Below, one piece after another: positions 38,650 through 49,866 of a DNA stretch of 64,000 nucleotides. Under the pieces are notes generated by a model. The model was not told the DNA's origin. It ran no database searches and worked only from the letters and a program-made list of their open reading frames with translations. The stretch's first letter is position 1. Every line of letters begins with the position of its first letter. The position numbers and the translations under genes were made by a program. Where the stretch lies: the NCBI GenBank assembly GCA_963775685.1, contig CAVZJV010000014.1, positions 2,048,001-2,112,000 of the forward strand, written 5' to 3'. The stretch is from Candidatus Bathyarchaeota archaeon (GTDB lineage: Archaea > Thermoproteota > Bathyarchaeia > Bathyarchaeales > Bathycorpusculaceae).

Positions 38650-38781
38650 ACATGCGCCATATTCGCCGATATCTGCGACGAAGGTGCCGACAGTTTTGAC
38701 AGTTTGAGGAAGATTTCATGAAAGTATGTGCCAGCGTTTGCAGGCCGCTGTGTTGAATCCTGCCGAGAAATGTTAAGATAA
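38650..38781 (+). pseudogene. Remnant of a Cys-rich four-helix-bundle copper-storage protein (Csp3/DUF326-like)
   Basis: Joining three frames gives TCAIFADICDEGADS..EEDFMKVCASVCR-RCVESCREMLR*. Confidence 0.5.
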
Positions 38782-39034
38782 TGACTATACAGTTTTATGG
38801 TGCGGTTTTAGGTGGTCATTGTTTGCCTACAGAGACGTTGAAATATGATAAACATAAAAGGCCGTATGAACACATTAAGAAATCTGAGTTTGCTAGAGGT
38901 TCGTCTGAAGAGGATTATGAACGCATCGCCGCCGCAACCGTCAATAAAGCAATATAAGAAAAGGCGAAACAGCAAGCTAAATGATATCCAAAATTTATTT
39001 GGACGTTAGTCAGTTAATTAATAGTGTTGTCTGT

Positions 39035-39049
39035 GAGAAAAATTTATAT
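39035..39049 (+). promoter_or_regulatory. Putative BRE/TATA promoter of the thermosome gene
   Basis: Purine-rich GAGAAAAA followed by TTTATAT, about 65 bp upstream of the ATG; RBS-like GGTGA at 39102. Confidence 0.5.
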
Positions 39050-39111
39050 CTGAATGATTTATTGTTCCGTTTAGAATCTACAATCAAAAAGGAAACTATT
39101 TGGTGAAAAAT

Positions 39112-40785
39112 ATGTCTCAAGGCGGAGGAAACATCCCAATTCTAGTATTAAAAGAAGGCACCGGCCGCTCAAGTGGCCGCGAAGCACAGAAAAACAACAT
39201 TATGGCTGCAAAGATAGTGGCCGAATCCGTTAAATCAACGCTGGGGCCATGCGGCATGGATAAAATGCTCGTCAGTAGCATGGGCGATGTTGCAATCACA
39301 AACGACGGCGCAACTATCATGAAAGAACTCGACGTTCAGCATCCCGCAGCAAAAATGCTAGTCGAAGTAGCAAAAGCCCAAGACAATGAAGTCGGCGATG
39401 GAACAACAACTGCTGTCATTTTAGCAGGAGAATTACTCGCGAAAGCTGAAGCTTTACTTGACAAAAACATACATCCCACAGTCATAATTGAAGGCTACAA
39501 GAAAGCAAGTGAAAAAGCTCAAGAAATTTTGGACAGAATCGCCATCCCCATCACTTTCGAGGACGAAAAAACCCTTCGGAACATAGCAATCACATCCATA
39601 TCCAGCAAGAGCATTAACGTTGCAGAGGACCTCTTTGCAAAAATAATCGTTGAAGCCGTAAAGCAAGTCTCCGAAAAAGTGGACAAAAAATACGTTGCCG
39701 ACATCGACTTGATTAAAATCGTTAAGAAACACGGCCAAAGCCTCGATGAAACTGAACTCGTTAAAGGTATGGTCCTAGACAAGGAAGTCGCAAGCTCAGG
39801 TATGCCAAAACTCATTGACGGAGCAAAAATCGCACTCTTAAACGCTAAACTCGAGATCGAGAAAACAGAGTTTGACGCAAAAATAAATATTGAAAGCCCC
39901 AATCAAATGAAGATGTTCCTTGACGAAGAAGAACGGATGCTAAAAGAAATGGTTACCGGAATTACCCAGTCTGGTGCAAATGTTCTTTTCTGTGAGAAAG
40001 GCATCGACGATATGGTATTGCACTTCTTAGGTAAAGCAGGAGTTTTAGCAGTTAAAAGCGTAAGCAGCAGCGATATGGAAAAACTCTCCCGTGCCACAGG
40101 CGGCAGCATCGGTGCAAGCGTAAAAGACCTGACACCAGACTCACTTGGCAAAGCCAAACGTGTTGAAGAAGTGAAAATCGGAGACGACAAACTAATCTAT
40201 ATACGCGACTGCAAGAACCCCAAGGCAGTAACCATAGTCATCCGAGGTGCATCAAACCACGTTATCGACGAAGCAGAACGCAGCCTACACGACGGCCTGT
40301 GTGTTGTAAGAAACGCAATTGAAGACGGCAAAATCGTTGCAGGCGGCGGCGCACCCGAAGCAGAATTAGCCAAAAACCTGCGTGCATTTGCAGTAAAAGT
40401 TGGAGGACGCGAGCAACTTGCAGTTGAGGCCTTCGCTGAAGCAGTCGAAGAAATCCCCTTAACACTTGCAGAGAACGCGGGCTTAGACCCAATCGATATC
40501 ATGGTCGCACTACGTGCACAACACGAGAAATCAAAGAGCGAAACCTTCGGCATCGACGTCACAACTGGCAAAATCGTCGACATGTGCGCAAAGATGGTCA
40601 TAGAGCCAATCCGCGTTAAACAACAAGTCATAAAATCAGCCACCGAAGCCACAAACATGATCCTAAAAATCGACGACCTCATCAGCATCAAAGGCGGCAG
40701 CAAGATGCCCCCAATGCCCCCGGGTGGAATGGGCGGTATGGGAGGCATGGGTGGAATGGGCGGTATGGGCGGAATGCCCTACTAA
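39112..40785 (+). CDS. ths: Thermosome subunit (group II chaperonin)
   Basis: [31 protein letters not shown]-terminal GGM repeats. Confidence 0.97.
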   Translation: MSQGGGNIPILVLKEGTGRSSGREAQKNNIMAAKIVAESVKSTLGPCGMDKMLVSSMGDVAITNDGATIMKELDVQHPAAKMLVEVAKAQDNEVGDGTTTAVILAGELLAKAEALLDKNIHPTVIIEGYKKASEKAQEILDRIAIPITFEDEKTLRNIAITSISSKSINVAEDLFAKIIVEAVKQVSEKVDKKYVADIDLIKIVKKHGQSLDETELVKGMVLDKEVASSGMPKLIDGAKIALLNAKLEIEKTEFDAKINIESPNQMKMFLDEEERMLKEMVTGITQSGANVLFCEKGIDDMVLHFLGKAGVLAVKSVSSSDMEKLSRATGGSIGASVKDLTPDSLGKAKRVEEVKIGDDKLIYIRDCKNPKAVTIVIRGASNHVIDEAERSLHDGLCVVRNAIEDGKIVAGGGAPEAELAKNLRAFAVKVGGREQLAVEAFAEAVEEIPLTLAENAGLDPIDIMVALRAQHEKSKSETFGIDVTTGKIVDMCAKMVIEPIRVKQQVIKSATEATNMILKIDDLISIKGGSKMPPMPPGGMGGMGGMGGMGGMGGMPY

Positions 40786-40893
40786 GCATCCCAACCTTTT
40801 CTTTTCCCTTTTGTTGTTTAATAGAAAATAATTGATAACATTACTTGTTTCGGGAAAATCTGATGAATTTTTTGTCCCCGGCCACGTTGTTGC

Positions 40894-41124
40894 TTATAGA
40901 AAAGCCTTAAGATGGTCTTGTTGCCCTTTTTGGGTTATGAAGATTTTGCCCTCGAACGTCCTAACGATTAAGCCCTTTTTCTCCATCAAATCTAGCACTC
41001 CCCGAAAGTCTATCTTAACTTCATCCAAGCAAGCTGCGGATTTTTCGTTGAATGCTTTTCTTTCCTTCAAAGTGGTTTCTATTTTAAATCTTGTCCTTGA
41101 AATGATGCCGGCGTTATCTTCCAA
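40894..41124 (-). CDS. Small hypothetical protein, winged-helix-like
   Basis: L.LMEKKGLI......IFITQKG wing pattern; G-rich RBS-like sequence upstream. Confidence 0.45.
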   Translation of the reverse strand: MEDNAGIISRTRFKIETTLKERKAFNEKSAACLDEVKIDFRGVLDLMEKKGLIVRTFEGKIFITQKGQQDHLKAFL

Positions 41125-41291
41125 ACTAGTTTCCCCCTGTTTGCCGCTTTTAGCTTGTAGCAGCTCTTTCTCTTAACGATTCTTTATTTAATAAATCTTG
41201 CGACTCAATATAGAAATGCTTGACGTATGCCAAATCATTCATTTATCAAAAAATAATTAAATGTCAATAAACAATATCTTGAGCGAACACC

Positions 41292-42017
41292 ATGAAACAC
41301 CTGAAGATTTCAGCATTCGACTGCCCTGATGCATGGTTCAAAACTTTAAGCGCTATATGGAAAAGTGGGGACGTTTTCCGAGTAGGTTTTGGCTCAGAAG
41401 AGACTGAAACCAAGAAGCTGAATCTTACGATCGAAATCACAAACCCTGAAAATCGACCACTTGTCAGCAATAAAGCGCCATGCGATTTTAAGTATGTTCA
41501 GGGTTACGCGTTGGAGTATTTGTGGTGTGGAGAAAAGCAAGAGGATGAAACCTACACCTATGGCAGTCGGCTTAATCATCCTGTTAATCAGGTTGAGGAA
41601 GCAATTAAACGATACATCGAAGAGCAAAGAGACCGGCAGGTTACAATGGTTATCAGGTTACCTGATGACATAAAAAAATACAGTGAAAACCGCAAAAAAA
41701 GTGAACCACCCTGCTTAAGCCTGATTGATACCGAAATCCTTGACAACCAGATGCATCTTACCTGTTATTTTCGCAGCTGGGATTCATATGGCGGTTTGCC
41801 AGCCAACATTGCTGGATTGCAACTTTTTAACGAAGCTTTTGTGAGCGAAATAAACGAGCGCGGCAACCTTTCATTGAAAACTGGCAAATTAATTTTCCAT
41901 GCAAAGAACTGCCACATTTACCAAAGACAATACAACCTTGTCAAAGACCTCTTAGAGCCCAAAGGCAGCGCAAAGCGTCTCGCAAATACACTAAAGCAAA
42001 CCGAAGAAGAAAACTAA
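41292..42017 (+). CDS. thyA: Archaeal-type thymidylate synthase family protein
   Basis: YTYG.RL, PPCL (catalytic Cys), FRSWD, GLPAN, HIY. Confidence 0.8.
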   Translation: MKHLKISAFDCPDAWFKTLSAIWKSGDVFRVGFGSEETETKKLNLTIEITNPENRPLVSNKAPCDFKYVQGYALEYLWCGEKQEDETYTYGSRLNHPVNQVEEAIKRYIEEQRDRQVTMVIRLPDDIKKYSENRKKSEPPCLSLIDTEILDNQMHLTCYFRSWDSYGGLPANIAGLQLFNEAFVSEINERGNLSLKTGKLIFHAKNCHIYQRQYNLVKDLLEPKGSAKRLANTLKQTEEEN

Positions 42018-43390
42018 ATTTCCTTTTTTGTAGGGTAACCAAGGTTTATCCAGGCAGTCATGCCCCCAAGCATGTTCCTTATGTCCTCAAAGCCAGTCTG
42101 CTCCAGAATGCTGGCGGCAATGCTTGAACGGTTACCAACAGAACAAGTAACAACAATCGGCTTATCTTTAGTCAATTCCGCGGTTTTTTGGAGTAGGTCT
42201 ACAAAGAAAATCCGTAGCGCCCCTTCAACGTAGCCATCTTCGGTCAATTCAGGCGGGTCCCGCACATCCAATAATACGACCTCTCCCTTTTCCAATTTAT
42301 CCTTTGTCTCAGATGCTGAAACTGTTTTGAAACTGCGAAATGGTTTGCCTGCTTCTTGCCACTCGTTCATGCCGTGGCACAAGTATCCGCACATGTTGTC
42401 AAATCCCAGCCGCCTCAGCCTAGGAGCTACAATGTCTATGTCACTTGGGCGTTCATGGATGAAGATTATGTATTGGTTGGTATCTAGGAGCCAGCCAGGA
42501 TAAACGCTGGTTCCGCCAAGCCATAGGCTAAGCGAATTGGGAATATGGGCGCCCGCGAACGCGTAGGGCAAGCGGGTGTCCATTACTATCATGTTTTGTT
42601 CAAGCATTTCCTCTTCAAACTCCAGAAGGCCAAAGGGTTTGGGGCAAGATAGCTCGCTTAACAGAGGTGGACCCTTCAAGTTGAGTTTCTCCATCTTCTT
42701 GAAGTATTGCGGCACTACTAATTCTTCGCCAAGTGCTTTTTGGATGAATTCTTCCTTTCCAAGTTGAAGGTAGAGGTTGGTTTTCTTTTCATAGCCAACT
42801 GTGGTTGGTTCTTGACCGCTTATGCCGTGTCCACAAACGCTACCCGCGCCGTGAGCAGGATAAACAAGAACGTGCTCACCAAGCGGGAGAAGTTTTTGAT
42901 GAAGGCTGGTGTATAATTTTTCTGCCTGCGCAGGTTGAGCGTTCTTGCCGTAAAGGTCTGTTCTTCCCACAGAACCCCCAAAGAGGGTGTCACCACTAAA
43001 CGCCATCAACGCCTGGGTACCTCCAGAAGGATAGACAATGTAGCAGAGGGATTCATCTGTGTGTCCCGGCGTTTGGAGGGCTTTGATTTTGAGGTTGCCA
43101 AAGTTTAAGATGTCACCGTCTGCCAAATTGTGTTCTCCATACTTAAACGGCAAAGCGTTGCTGTGGCCGATTTCGGCCTCCGTTATGTTCTGAAGTTCGA
43201 GCGAACCGACAACGTAATCCTCATTTCTGTGCGTTTCAAGAATATACCTTATCTTTACGCATTCTTCTTTGGCGAGTTGGGTATAGATTTCGCAGTCACG
43301 CCGCGGGTCAACAACAACAGCTTCGTTTTGGTCAGCTAAAAAGTAGCTGTTGTGGGCTAAACCCTCAGACTTGATGATTTTTACTTTCAT
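42014..43390 (-). CDS. MBL-fold hydrolase fused to two rhodanese domains
   Basis: ETHRNEDY, TPGHT, GDTLF, PAHGAGS.CG, HIP, C-terminal CSVGNRS and LGGM.AW. Confidence 0.88.
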   Translation of the reverse strand: MKVKIIKSEGLAHNSYFLADQNEAVVVDPRRDCEIYTQLAKEECVKIRYILETHRNEDYVVGSLELQNITEAEIGHSNALPFKYGEHNLADGDILNFGNLKIKALQTPGHTDESLCYIVYPSGGTQALMAFSGDTLFGGSVGRTDLYGKNAQPAQAEKLYTSLHQKLLPLGEHVLVYPAHGAGSVCGHGISGQEPTTVGYEKKTNLYLQLGKEEFIQKALGEELVVPQYFKKMEKLNLKGPPLLSELSCPKPFGLLEFEEEMLEQNMIVMDTRLPYAFAGAHIPNSLSLWLGGTSVYPGWLLDTNQYIIFIHERPSDIDIVAPRLRRLGFDNMCGYLCHGMNEWQEAGKPFRSFKTVSASETKDKLEKGEVVLLDVRDPPELTEDGYVEGALRIFFVDLLQKTAELTKDKPIVVTCSVGNRSSIAASILEQTGFEDIRNMLGGMTAWINLGYPTKKEI

Positions 43391-43546
43391 TTATGTTCCC
43401 CCAAAAATCTCACGAACAACTTCTTCAGGCAAAGTAGTTTCGCCAATACTACAAACCAATGAGTTGATTTATTCCTTTCCAAAACTTCCTCAGCATGATT
43501 AATCCTTAATAACGAAAAAAGCCTAAACATATTGTAGGTATCAGCT

Positions 43547-44062
43547 ATGGGTCATAACATGGCATATTGGAAACTTCTCGAAGAAATGACAATCGATTTG
43601 AAGAAAAAAGACGTAATTATCCCGGAAAATATCCTAGGTGACCTGAGGTCAACAAAATCTATGATAAAGCTCCATTGCACTCAAGCAAAAGGTGCTGGAG
43701 ATGCTCTTCAAAAAGCTGAAGAATTGTCTTCAAACGTGGAGGCTTTTCTTGTAACGGAAGCTCAAAAGATTTTTGGGGCAGAAAAAGTTGACTCTTGGCT
43801 TAAGTCCCTTGAAGAAGCCAACGCTGACGTCTGCGAGGCAGATTCAGGTGAAAACAAATTTGTTACAGGTGTTCCCAGAGACCAAAAATGGGTTCGTGTC
43901 GAACCAATCAAGAATTTGCCGACTGACCGAATATTGCAAATTGCCAATGAACAAAACCTCGCTGTAAACCCCCAAAAAGATGGGCGCCTAGTTGTTTACG
44001 GTCAACCAGACGGCATAAAAGAATTCGTCAAGAAAATGACCAAAGAAACCGCAAAACAATGA
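43547..44062 (+). CDS. DUF2096-like protein
   Basis: WKLLEEM..DLKKK, F.TGVPR...WVRV. Confidence 0.65.
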   Translation: MGHNMAYWKLLEEMTIDLKKKDVIIPENILGDLRSTKSMIKLHCTQAKGAGDALQKAEELSSNVEAFLVTEAQKIFGAEKVDSWLKSLEEANADVCEADSGENKFVTGVPRDQKWVRVEPIKNLPTDRILQIANEQNLAVNPQKDGRLVVYGQPDGIKEFVKKMTKETAKQ

Positions 44063-44252
44063 ACTGTTTGCCCTGCTAATTACCAACAGTTACTTCTGAT
44101 TTGTAGAGTTCATGAGGCTGAAATTGCTATTGCTTGGTGAGAATAGCGTCAACTTTAGATGATAATTCTTTTTACAAAGTATGTTTGTTCTCTGGCTATG
44201 ACTTCAGAGTCAGAATCTGCAGGGCAAAGGTTCTTCTTTAATCCAACGGAAG

Positions 44253-45566
44253 GTGCCTCCATTTTTGACGCTCAATTCTGACTCTAACAGCGCACGCAGG
44301 TCGGTGTGGGTGAGCTCGGTTCTTCCCTTCAACATCGCATTGGGACCCGTGAGCACTTTGGTTCAGTTGTTGATTCTGAATTTCAACGGAACCGTACTAG
44401 ATGTAGGATTGGCGCTGACCTTGTTTAACGCTGTAAGTGTCCCCGCCGCCTTGTTTTGGGGTTTTGTAACCGACCGCTTCCAGCAGCGGCGTCCCCTGAT
44501 TCTAGCAAGTTTTCTGGTCACACCCCTGCTTTTATTATTGTTTTTGTTTGCTCAAACGGGGTATTGGGTTTCTTTTTTGTATGCATTGTTTTCTTTTGCC
44601 ACCACTGCGTCAACTACCCCGCTTAACCTATTGGTTTTGGAGACAGCGCAGAAACCTAAGTGGGCTTCGGCGTTCGCTAAGTTCTCCATGATTTCCAGTG
44701 TCGGACAAACTCTTGGCTTGCTCTTGGGGATAGTTTGGTCATTTTACGTTCCCTTAGAATTTTTGGTAATTCCTCTATCTGCTTCATCCTTGATTTCAGC
44801 TGGGGTGGCAGCTGTTCTAATTAAAGAGCCCCAAATCGTTTTTGAGCGTCAAGTTTTAGTCATGCATAGACAAAGCTTTTTCCACAGACTCCGCCAATCA
44901 CCCTACTTGTTCCTGAAAATTCCTCATCCGCATGATTTTAAGCACCTGTTTCGAAGTCTCCGCCATGAACTTATCCGCCACACTGCTTTGCTTTACCTTG
45001 CAATCTTTGCTTTCTTCTTATCGGCGGGTATTTTTAACACCTCTCTGGTTCCGGCTTTGGACGCAAGCGGGATTTCGAACTTGTTGGTTTTTTCTGTTAT
45101 ATTGCTGGGCATGGTAGTTCAGATAATTTCTTTTAGGTTTGCGGGACCCTACACGGAGAAAAAATCACCCGTTAAAAGCGCTATTTGGGGATTGACGCTC
45201 AGAGCGGCTGCGTACGGGGTTCTGGGTGTTTTCGCTTACTTTTTAACTGGATTTTGGCTTCTATTGCCAGTTTTGATTTTTTACCCCATAGCTTCAGGTA
45301 TTGCTTACTCAATTTACTATACTGCTTCAAACACCATGGTTTTTAACTCGCTTAACCCGAAAAGTAACGGTTCCTCGTTAGGCGTATACAGCGCTCTGGC
45401 GGGTATTGCAGCGATGGCGGGTTCTTTTTTTTCGGGGTTTCTATCTTTCTACTGGGGGTTCTACGCGACGTTCATTATTTCTGCTGCGTGCTTGGTGGTT
45501 TCAGCTTGGTTGCTATCCTTGACTTACAGCTCGGCAACTGATGTTAGACCTATAACTTCAAGTTAA
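44253..45566 (+). CDS. MFS transporter
   Basis: About 12 TM helices; WG.VTDRFQQRR motif A. Confidence 0.85.
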   Translation: MPPFLTLNSDSNSARRSVWVSSVLPFNIALGPVSTLVQLLILNFNGTVLDVGLALTLFNAVSVPAALFWGFVTDRFQQRRPLILASFLVTPLLLLLFLFAQTGYWVSFLYALFSFATTASTTPLNLLVLETAQKPKWASAFAKFSMISSVGQTLGLLLGIVWSFYVPLEFLVIPLSASSLISAGVAAVLIKEPQIVFERQVLVMHRQSFFHRLRQSPYLFLKIPHPHDFKHLFRSLRHELIRHTALLYLAIFAFFLSAGIFNTSLVPALDASGISNLLVFSVILLGMVVQIISFRFAGPYTEKKSPVKSAIWGLTLRAAAYGVLGVFAYFLTGFWLLLPVLIFYPIASGIAYSIYYTASNTMVFNSLNPKSNGSSLGVYSALAGIAAMAGSFFSGFLSFYWGFYATFIISAACLVVSAWLLSLTYSSATDVRPITSS

Positions 45567-45712
45567 TTTTTTTTAGCTGTTGGTAACAGACCTGTTTTGT
45601 CTTTATTTAATGGACTATGGCTTTCTGAGAGCGCTTGAGGGATCGTGGTTTACGGTTTTTGATTCGATATGTTTTTTACGTTAAAACCCTAGTGCTTTGT
45701 TGTGGGAAAGGT

Positions 45713-46951
45713 TTGGTGAAACTCAAAGGGTTCCAAAGATTAACGTTAACTGATAAAGCCCTGCATACTTGGTTTAGTTTATTGCAGATTGGTAAGCCCA
45801 AAGTGGATGAGGTGAGTTTGCAGGATGCATTAGGTCGCGTTTTAGCCGAAGACATAGTTGCTTTGGAAGATTTGCCCCGTTTTGACAAGTCTGCTATGGA
45901 TGGTTTCGCCGTAAAGTCGGCTGATTTGACAGGTGCTTCCCCATCTAAACCCATAGTTCTCCAGTTGACCCAAGAAGCCCAAATCGGTGCCAAACAAGCA
46001 AAACAAGTCTGGACAGGAAACCCCATTCCAGAAGGAGCAGACGCAGTTGTAATGCTTGAAAACACCCAAAAGCAAGATGGGAACTTGGAAGTTTGGAACC
46101 AACTTGCACCATGGACTAATGTTTCCAAGGTTGGCGAAGATACAAAAAAGAGCACAGTTATAGCTAAAGCTTGCACTCGTTTAAACCCTTACCATATCGG
46201 TTTAGGTGCTGCTTTAGGTTATACTAAGTTTAAAGTCGCGCAGAAACCCAAAATCGCCATATTACCTACAGGCAACGAACTTGCAGAAGTGGGAACAGAA
46301 CGTGCAGCAAACCAGATTTACGATTCAAACAAATTCATAGTATCCGCGATGTGTATGGAACTTGACGCAGAAACTTTTGACCTAGGTTTGGCAAAAGATA
46401 ACGCTAAGGAAATCGCCCAGAAAATCCAGCTTGGCCTAAAAAACTGCGACGCTGTAATCACCACCGGAGGAACAAGCGTTGGAGAATTGGATCTAATGCC
46501 AGACGTAATTAACGGGCTTGGAAAACCAGGCGTTGTCGTACATGGCATTGCCTTACGTCCCGCGATGCCAACGGCCGTGGCAGTATTGGAGGGCAAACCC
46601 GTTTTGATTCTGTCAGGAAACCCTGTTGCGGCAGTTATCGGCTTTGAAGTTTTTGGTAGACCCCTAATTTGCAGGATGCTTGGGATGAAAAGTGAGGAGC
46701 CAAGACCAATCGTTAAGGCAATTTTGACGAGGAAAGTTACAAGTGTTTTGGGAAGAAAAACCTACGTTAGAGTTCGTGTTTCCTTGAAGGATGGCGAATT
46801 GTCCACTGAGCCGATAAGTGCGAAGGGTTCAGGATCTATATCCACGATGACTCAGAGCAACGGATACCTCATTGTGCCCGAAAACCGTGAAGGTGTAAAT
46901 GAAGGCGAAACGGTATTTATCCGTATGTTTGGCAGCTTGGAGGTTGCATAA
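45713..46951 (+). CDS. moeA: Molybdopterin molybdotransferase MoeA (copy 1)
   Basis: GRVLAEDI, SAMDGFAV, TGNEL, TTGGTSVG, LSGNP. Confidence 0.92.
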   Translation: MVKLKGFQRLTLTDKALHTWFSLLQIGKPKVDEVSLQDALGRVLAEDIVALEDLPRFDKSAMDGFAVKSADLTGASPSKPIVLQLTQEAQIGAKQAKQVWTGNPIPEGADAVVMLENTQKQDGNLEVWNQLAPWTNVSKVGEDTKKSTVIAKACTRLNPYHIGLGAALGYTKFKVAQKPKIAILPTGNELAEVGTERAANQIYDSNKFIVSAMCMELDAETFDLGLAKDNAKEIAQKIQLGLKNCDAVITTGGTSVGELDLMPDVINGLGKPGVVVHGIALRPAMPTAVAVLEGKPVLILSGNPVAAVIGFEVFGRPLICRMLGMKSEEPRPIVKAILTRKVTSVLGRKTYVRVRVSLKDGELSTEPISAKGSGSISTMTQSNGYLIVPENREGVNEGETVFIRMFGSLEVA

Positions 46952-48196
46952 TTGTTTAGGAAGCTTATGACGTTTGAGGAAGCAAAAAAGGTCATCGATG
47001 ATCAGTTTAGGCCTGCTTTTTTGGGTGAAGAAGAAGTGGTTTTGCTTGAAGCATACAACCGTGTGTTAAACGAAGATATAGTTTCCACGCTGGATATCCC
47101 GCCATTTAACCGTTCAACCGTTGACGGTTATGCGATGAAATCCCAGGATACGTTTGGAGCTGACGAAAATGAGCCTGCAACGTTTAAGGTTTCAGGTACG
47201 GTAAGCGTTGGGGAACAACCCAACGTCACAGTTGCAGAGGGCGAAGCGGTTGAAATCGTGACAGGAGCTGTGATCCCTGAAGGTGCAGACGCAGTTGTTA
47301 TGGTTGAGTACACTGAACGTAACGATACAGAGCTTCATGTTTTTGTTGCTGTCACAACGAGCGAGAACGTCATGAAGAAAGGTTCCGACATTAAAAAGGA
47401 CACTATGGTACTCCGCAAAGGGCAAGTTCTGGGGTCCTCAGAAATTGGCGTTTTAGCAGCTTTAGGCTTAACAAAGGTCAAAGTTCTCAAAATCCCAATG
47501 GTTGCAGTTTTGTCCACTGGCGGAGAAGTAACGGAACCCGGAAAAAAATTGCCTCCTGGCAAAATCTACGACATCAACGCTTACAGCATTAGCACAGCAG
47601 TCATCGAAAGCGGCGGAAAACCCGTTTACTTCGGTGTGGTTCCCGACGACAAAGAAGCATTGGCGAAGGCGATGCAAACTGCTGTGGCTTCCGCAGACAT
47701 GGTAATTAGTTCAGGCGGAGTTTCGGTGGGTCCACGCGATTACACACCTCAAATCGTGGATTCACTGGGCAAACCAGGAATCGTGGTTTACGGAATCGCA
47801 GTGAAGCCTGGCAAACCAACAACAGTCGGGTTCGTGGGAGACAAGCCTGTTTTCTCTCTTCCCGGTCATCCAACATCTGCTCTGCTGATATTCTACTTGC
47901 TTGCAAGACCGCTAATTCTGCATTTAGCTGGCCGACCGGCAACACCCATGAAGACAGTTAGGGCTTTTGCTGGCGCCAGAATGTTTAGCGCAAAAGGAAG
48001 ACGAACTTTCGTGATGATCAAGTTAGAGTTTGACAAGGCTTGCCGTTTGATTGCTCAACCTGTGGAGACAGGTGCTTCCGGTGCAATAACCACGCTGGCA
48101 AATGCTGATGGGTTTGTGGAGATTGCGGAAAACGAGCAGTTTGTGTTTGTGAACCAGGAAGTCACCGTTGCACTTCTTCGAGGTTTCGCCGTTTAA
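46952..48196 (+). CDS. moeA: Molybdopterin molybdotransferase MoeA (copy 2)
   Basis: PPFNRSTVDGYA, GADAVVMVE, SGGVSVG, KPGKPT, LPGHP. Confidence 0.92.
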   Translation: MFRKLMTFEEAKKVIDDQFRPAFLGEEEVVLLEAYNRVLNEDIVSTLDIPPFNRSTVDGYAMKSQDTFGADENEPATFKVSGTVSVGEQPNVTVAEGEAVEIVTGAVIPEGADAVVMVEYTERNDTELHVFVAVTTSENVMKKGSDIKKDTMVLRKGQVLGSSEIGVLAALGLTKVKVLKIPMVAVLSTGGEVTEPGKKLPPGKIYDINAYSISTAVIESGGKPVYFGVVPDDKEALAKAMQTAVASADMVISSGGVSVGPRDYTPQIVDSLGKPGIVVYGIAVKPGKPTTVGFVGDKPVFSLPGHPTSALLIFYLLARPLILHLAGRPATPMKTVRAFAGARMFSAKGRRTFVMIKLEFDKACRLIAQPVETGASGAITTLANADGFVEIAENEQFVFVNQEVTVALLRGFAV

Positions 48197-48199
48197 GGT

Positions 48200-48547
48200 T
48201 TAGTCTTTTCGCTTCAGCAGAAGGTAAGCGGTAAACAGCCAGGTTAGGACAGCATAACCAGCCATGCTTAGAGCAACCAACACATTGCTAAAGCCCACAG
48301 AGAATAGCACATCGAAGGCAAACGCACTGTTTACTATGAGCAAGATTGCGACCAACCATGGTGCCCAAGCGCGTTTAAGAAACAGGCTGTAGGCTGTTAT
48401 GAGGCTAACAATTCCCAGAAAACCTAGATGCGGAGGAAAACCTGTAAAGGGCAAAAACGCCAATAGGATTAATCCTGCGAGTGCATAGAAGGATAGTGAT
48501 AATAGCTCGAATGGCTTGAAAGTTTTCAGTTTAGTTGCTATGGACAC
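48200..48547 (-). CDS. Small four-TM hypothetical membrane protein
   Basis: Four hydrophobic segments and a basic C-terminus. Confidence 0.6.
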   Translation of the reverse strand: MSIATKLKTFKPFELLSLSFYALAGLILLAFLPFTGFPPHLGFLGIVSLITAYSLFLKRAWAPWLVAILLIVNSAFAFDVLFSVGFSNVLVALSMAGYAVLTWLFTAYLLLKRKD

Positions 48548-48670
48548 AGTTGTTCGCCTTTACCTTATGCAGTATGGGTTGACCTAATAAATTTTTGCAG
48601 TTACGTGGGTGATCAATTGAGGCAATAATAGTTAATACGCCCAAAGGCATTTTTTTTACTTAAGGGCTAG

Positions 48671-48994
48671 TCATATTACCAAGTCTGCATTCTCAATTAG
48701 GATCATCTTATTGTTAAAATCAAGGTAGCAGGTAAAGACGTAGGTTTGGTTTTCAAGGATGCTCTGGTAAAGTGTTGAATTGTTTAGGATGTAGAGAGTC
48801 TTGCCGTCGGAAAGGTTAACAGTATAATTTGCTTGGAGGGTTTCTGAAAGAGGGGCTTTAGAAGTTACCAAGCCTCTTTCAACGTCAGGTATTTTTGCAT
48901 TATTTATCGAATCTTGAGTGATAAATATGATGCCTCCTAAAATACCAGCAGTTGCCGCAATAGTAAGGATTATCGTTAGCTTGAATGCATCCAA
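48671..48994 (-). CDS. Small membrane-anchored hypothetical protein
   Basis: N-terminal TM helix, beta-rich domain with several N-X-S/T sequons. Confidence 0.55.
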   Translation of the reverse strand: MDAFKLTIILTIAATAGILGGIIFITQDSINNAKIPDVERGLVTSKAPLSETLQANYTVNLSDGKTLYILNNSTLYQSILENQTYVFTCYLDFNNKMILIENADLVI

Positions 48995-49274
48995 ATCTGT
49001 TCCCTCTGTAGCTCTATTGTTGAAAGATAAAAAAATGTTCCTCTTGTTTTTTGCTAAGAAAAGCGGTAAAGGTTATGCTTATTTTGAAACGGGAAAAAGT
49101 GTATATTGAATTGTAAGTTTGGTATTCAGTCATTGAAAAGAGCATTTTAGTTAACAGCGTTTGCTTGATCGTCATGTTTTCTTAGGTCAATTGCATTTGA
49201 TTGTGTGTGTTGGTCGTTGCTTAGGCTTATTATATTTTATCGTCTATAAGTTAATGTTATGGAAGGCTTGCTAT

Positions 49275-49853
49275 TTGGTTAAAACGTCTGAATCGGTGGT
49301 TTTAACAATTGGGCACTCAACCCGAACTCTCGAAGAATTCATGCAGTTACTGGAAGTCTATGGCGTAACATTGCTGGCGGATGTACGTACGGTCCCTCGT
49401 AGCAGACACAACCCTCAATTCAACAAAGAAACCCTGCCCCATAACCTCAAAAACTTCGGCGTACGCTACATCCACATGCCCGAAATCGGCGGCTTACGTC
49501 ACCCAAAACACGAATCCATCAACATGGCATGGAAAAACAGTGGCTTCCGAGGTTACGCTGACTACATGCAAACCCAAGAATTCACCGACCATTTGCTAAA
49601 AATTATAGCTTTGGCACGGGAGAATCGGTTGGCGTTGATGTGTGCAGAAGCGTTGCCTTGGCGATGTCATCGAAGCCTCATCAGCGACGCTTTAGTGGTA
49701 AGGCACATAAAAGTTGAACATATCATAAGCAAAGACAGCACGATCAACCACAATCTAAACGAAATGGCGCATGTGGAAGGAACAAAAATCATTTATCCCC
49801 TTTACACAAAAGAAACCCCTCAGAGAACTCTGGGCGATTTTGGAACAGGCTGA
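49275..49853 (+). CDS. DUF488 family protein
   Basis: TIGHSTR, DVR..P.SR, LMCAE..PWRCHR. Confidence 0.88.
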   Translation: MVKTSESVVLTIGHSTRTLEEFMQLLEVYGVTLLADVRTVPRSRHNPQFNKETLPHNLKNFGVRYIHMPEIGGLRHPKHESINMAWKNSGFRGYADYMQTQEFTDHLLKIIALARENRLALMCAEALPWRCHRSLISDALVVRHIKVEHIISKDSTINHNLNEMAHVEGTKIIYPLYTKETPQRTLGDFGTG

Positions 49854-49866
49854 TTTATATATTTGC

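Noticed and set aside
40197-40748. Long antisense ORFs in the track (for example 40197..40748, 45676..46176, 16390..16833)
   Set aside because: Shadows of well-supported genes on the opposite strand.
40710-40782. Repetitive GGNATG DNA at the end of the thermosome gene
   Set aside because: Encodes the ordinary GGM tail of chaperonins.
45713-48196. Tandem moeA duplication as a novelty
   Set aside because: Two MoeA paralogs are common in archaea.
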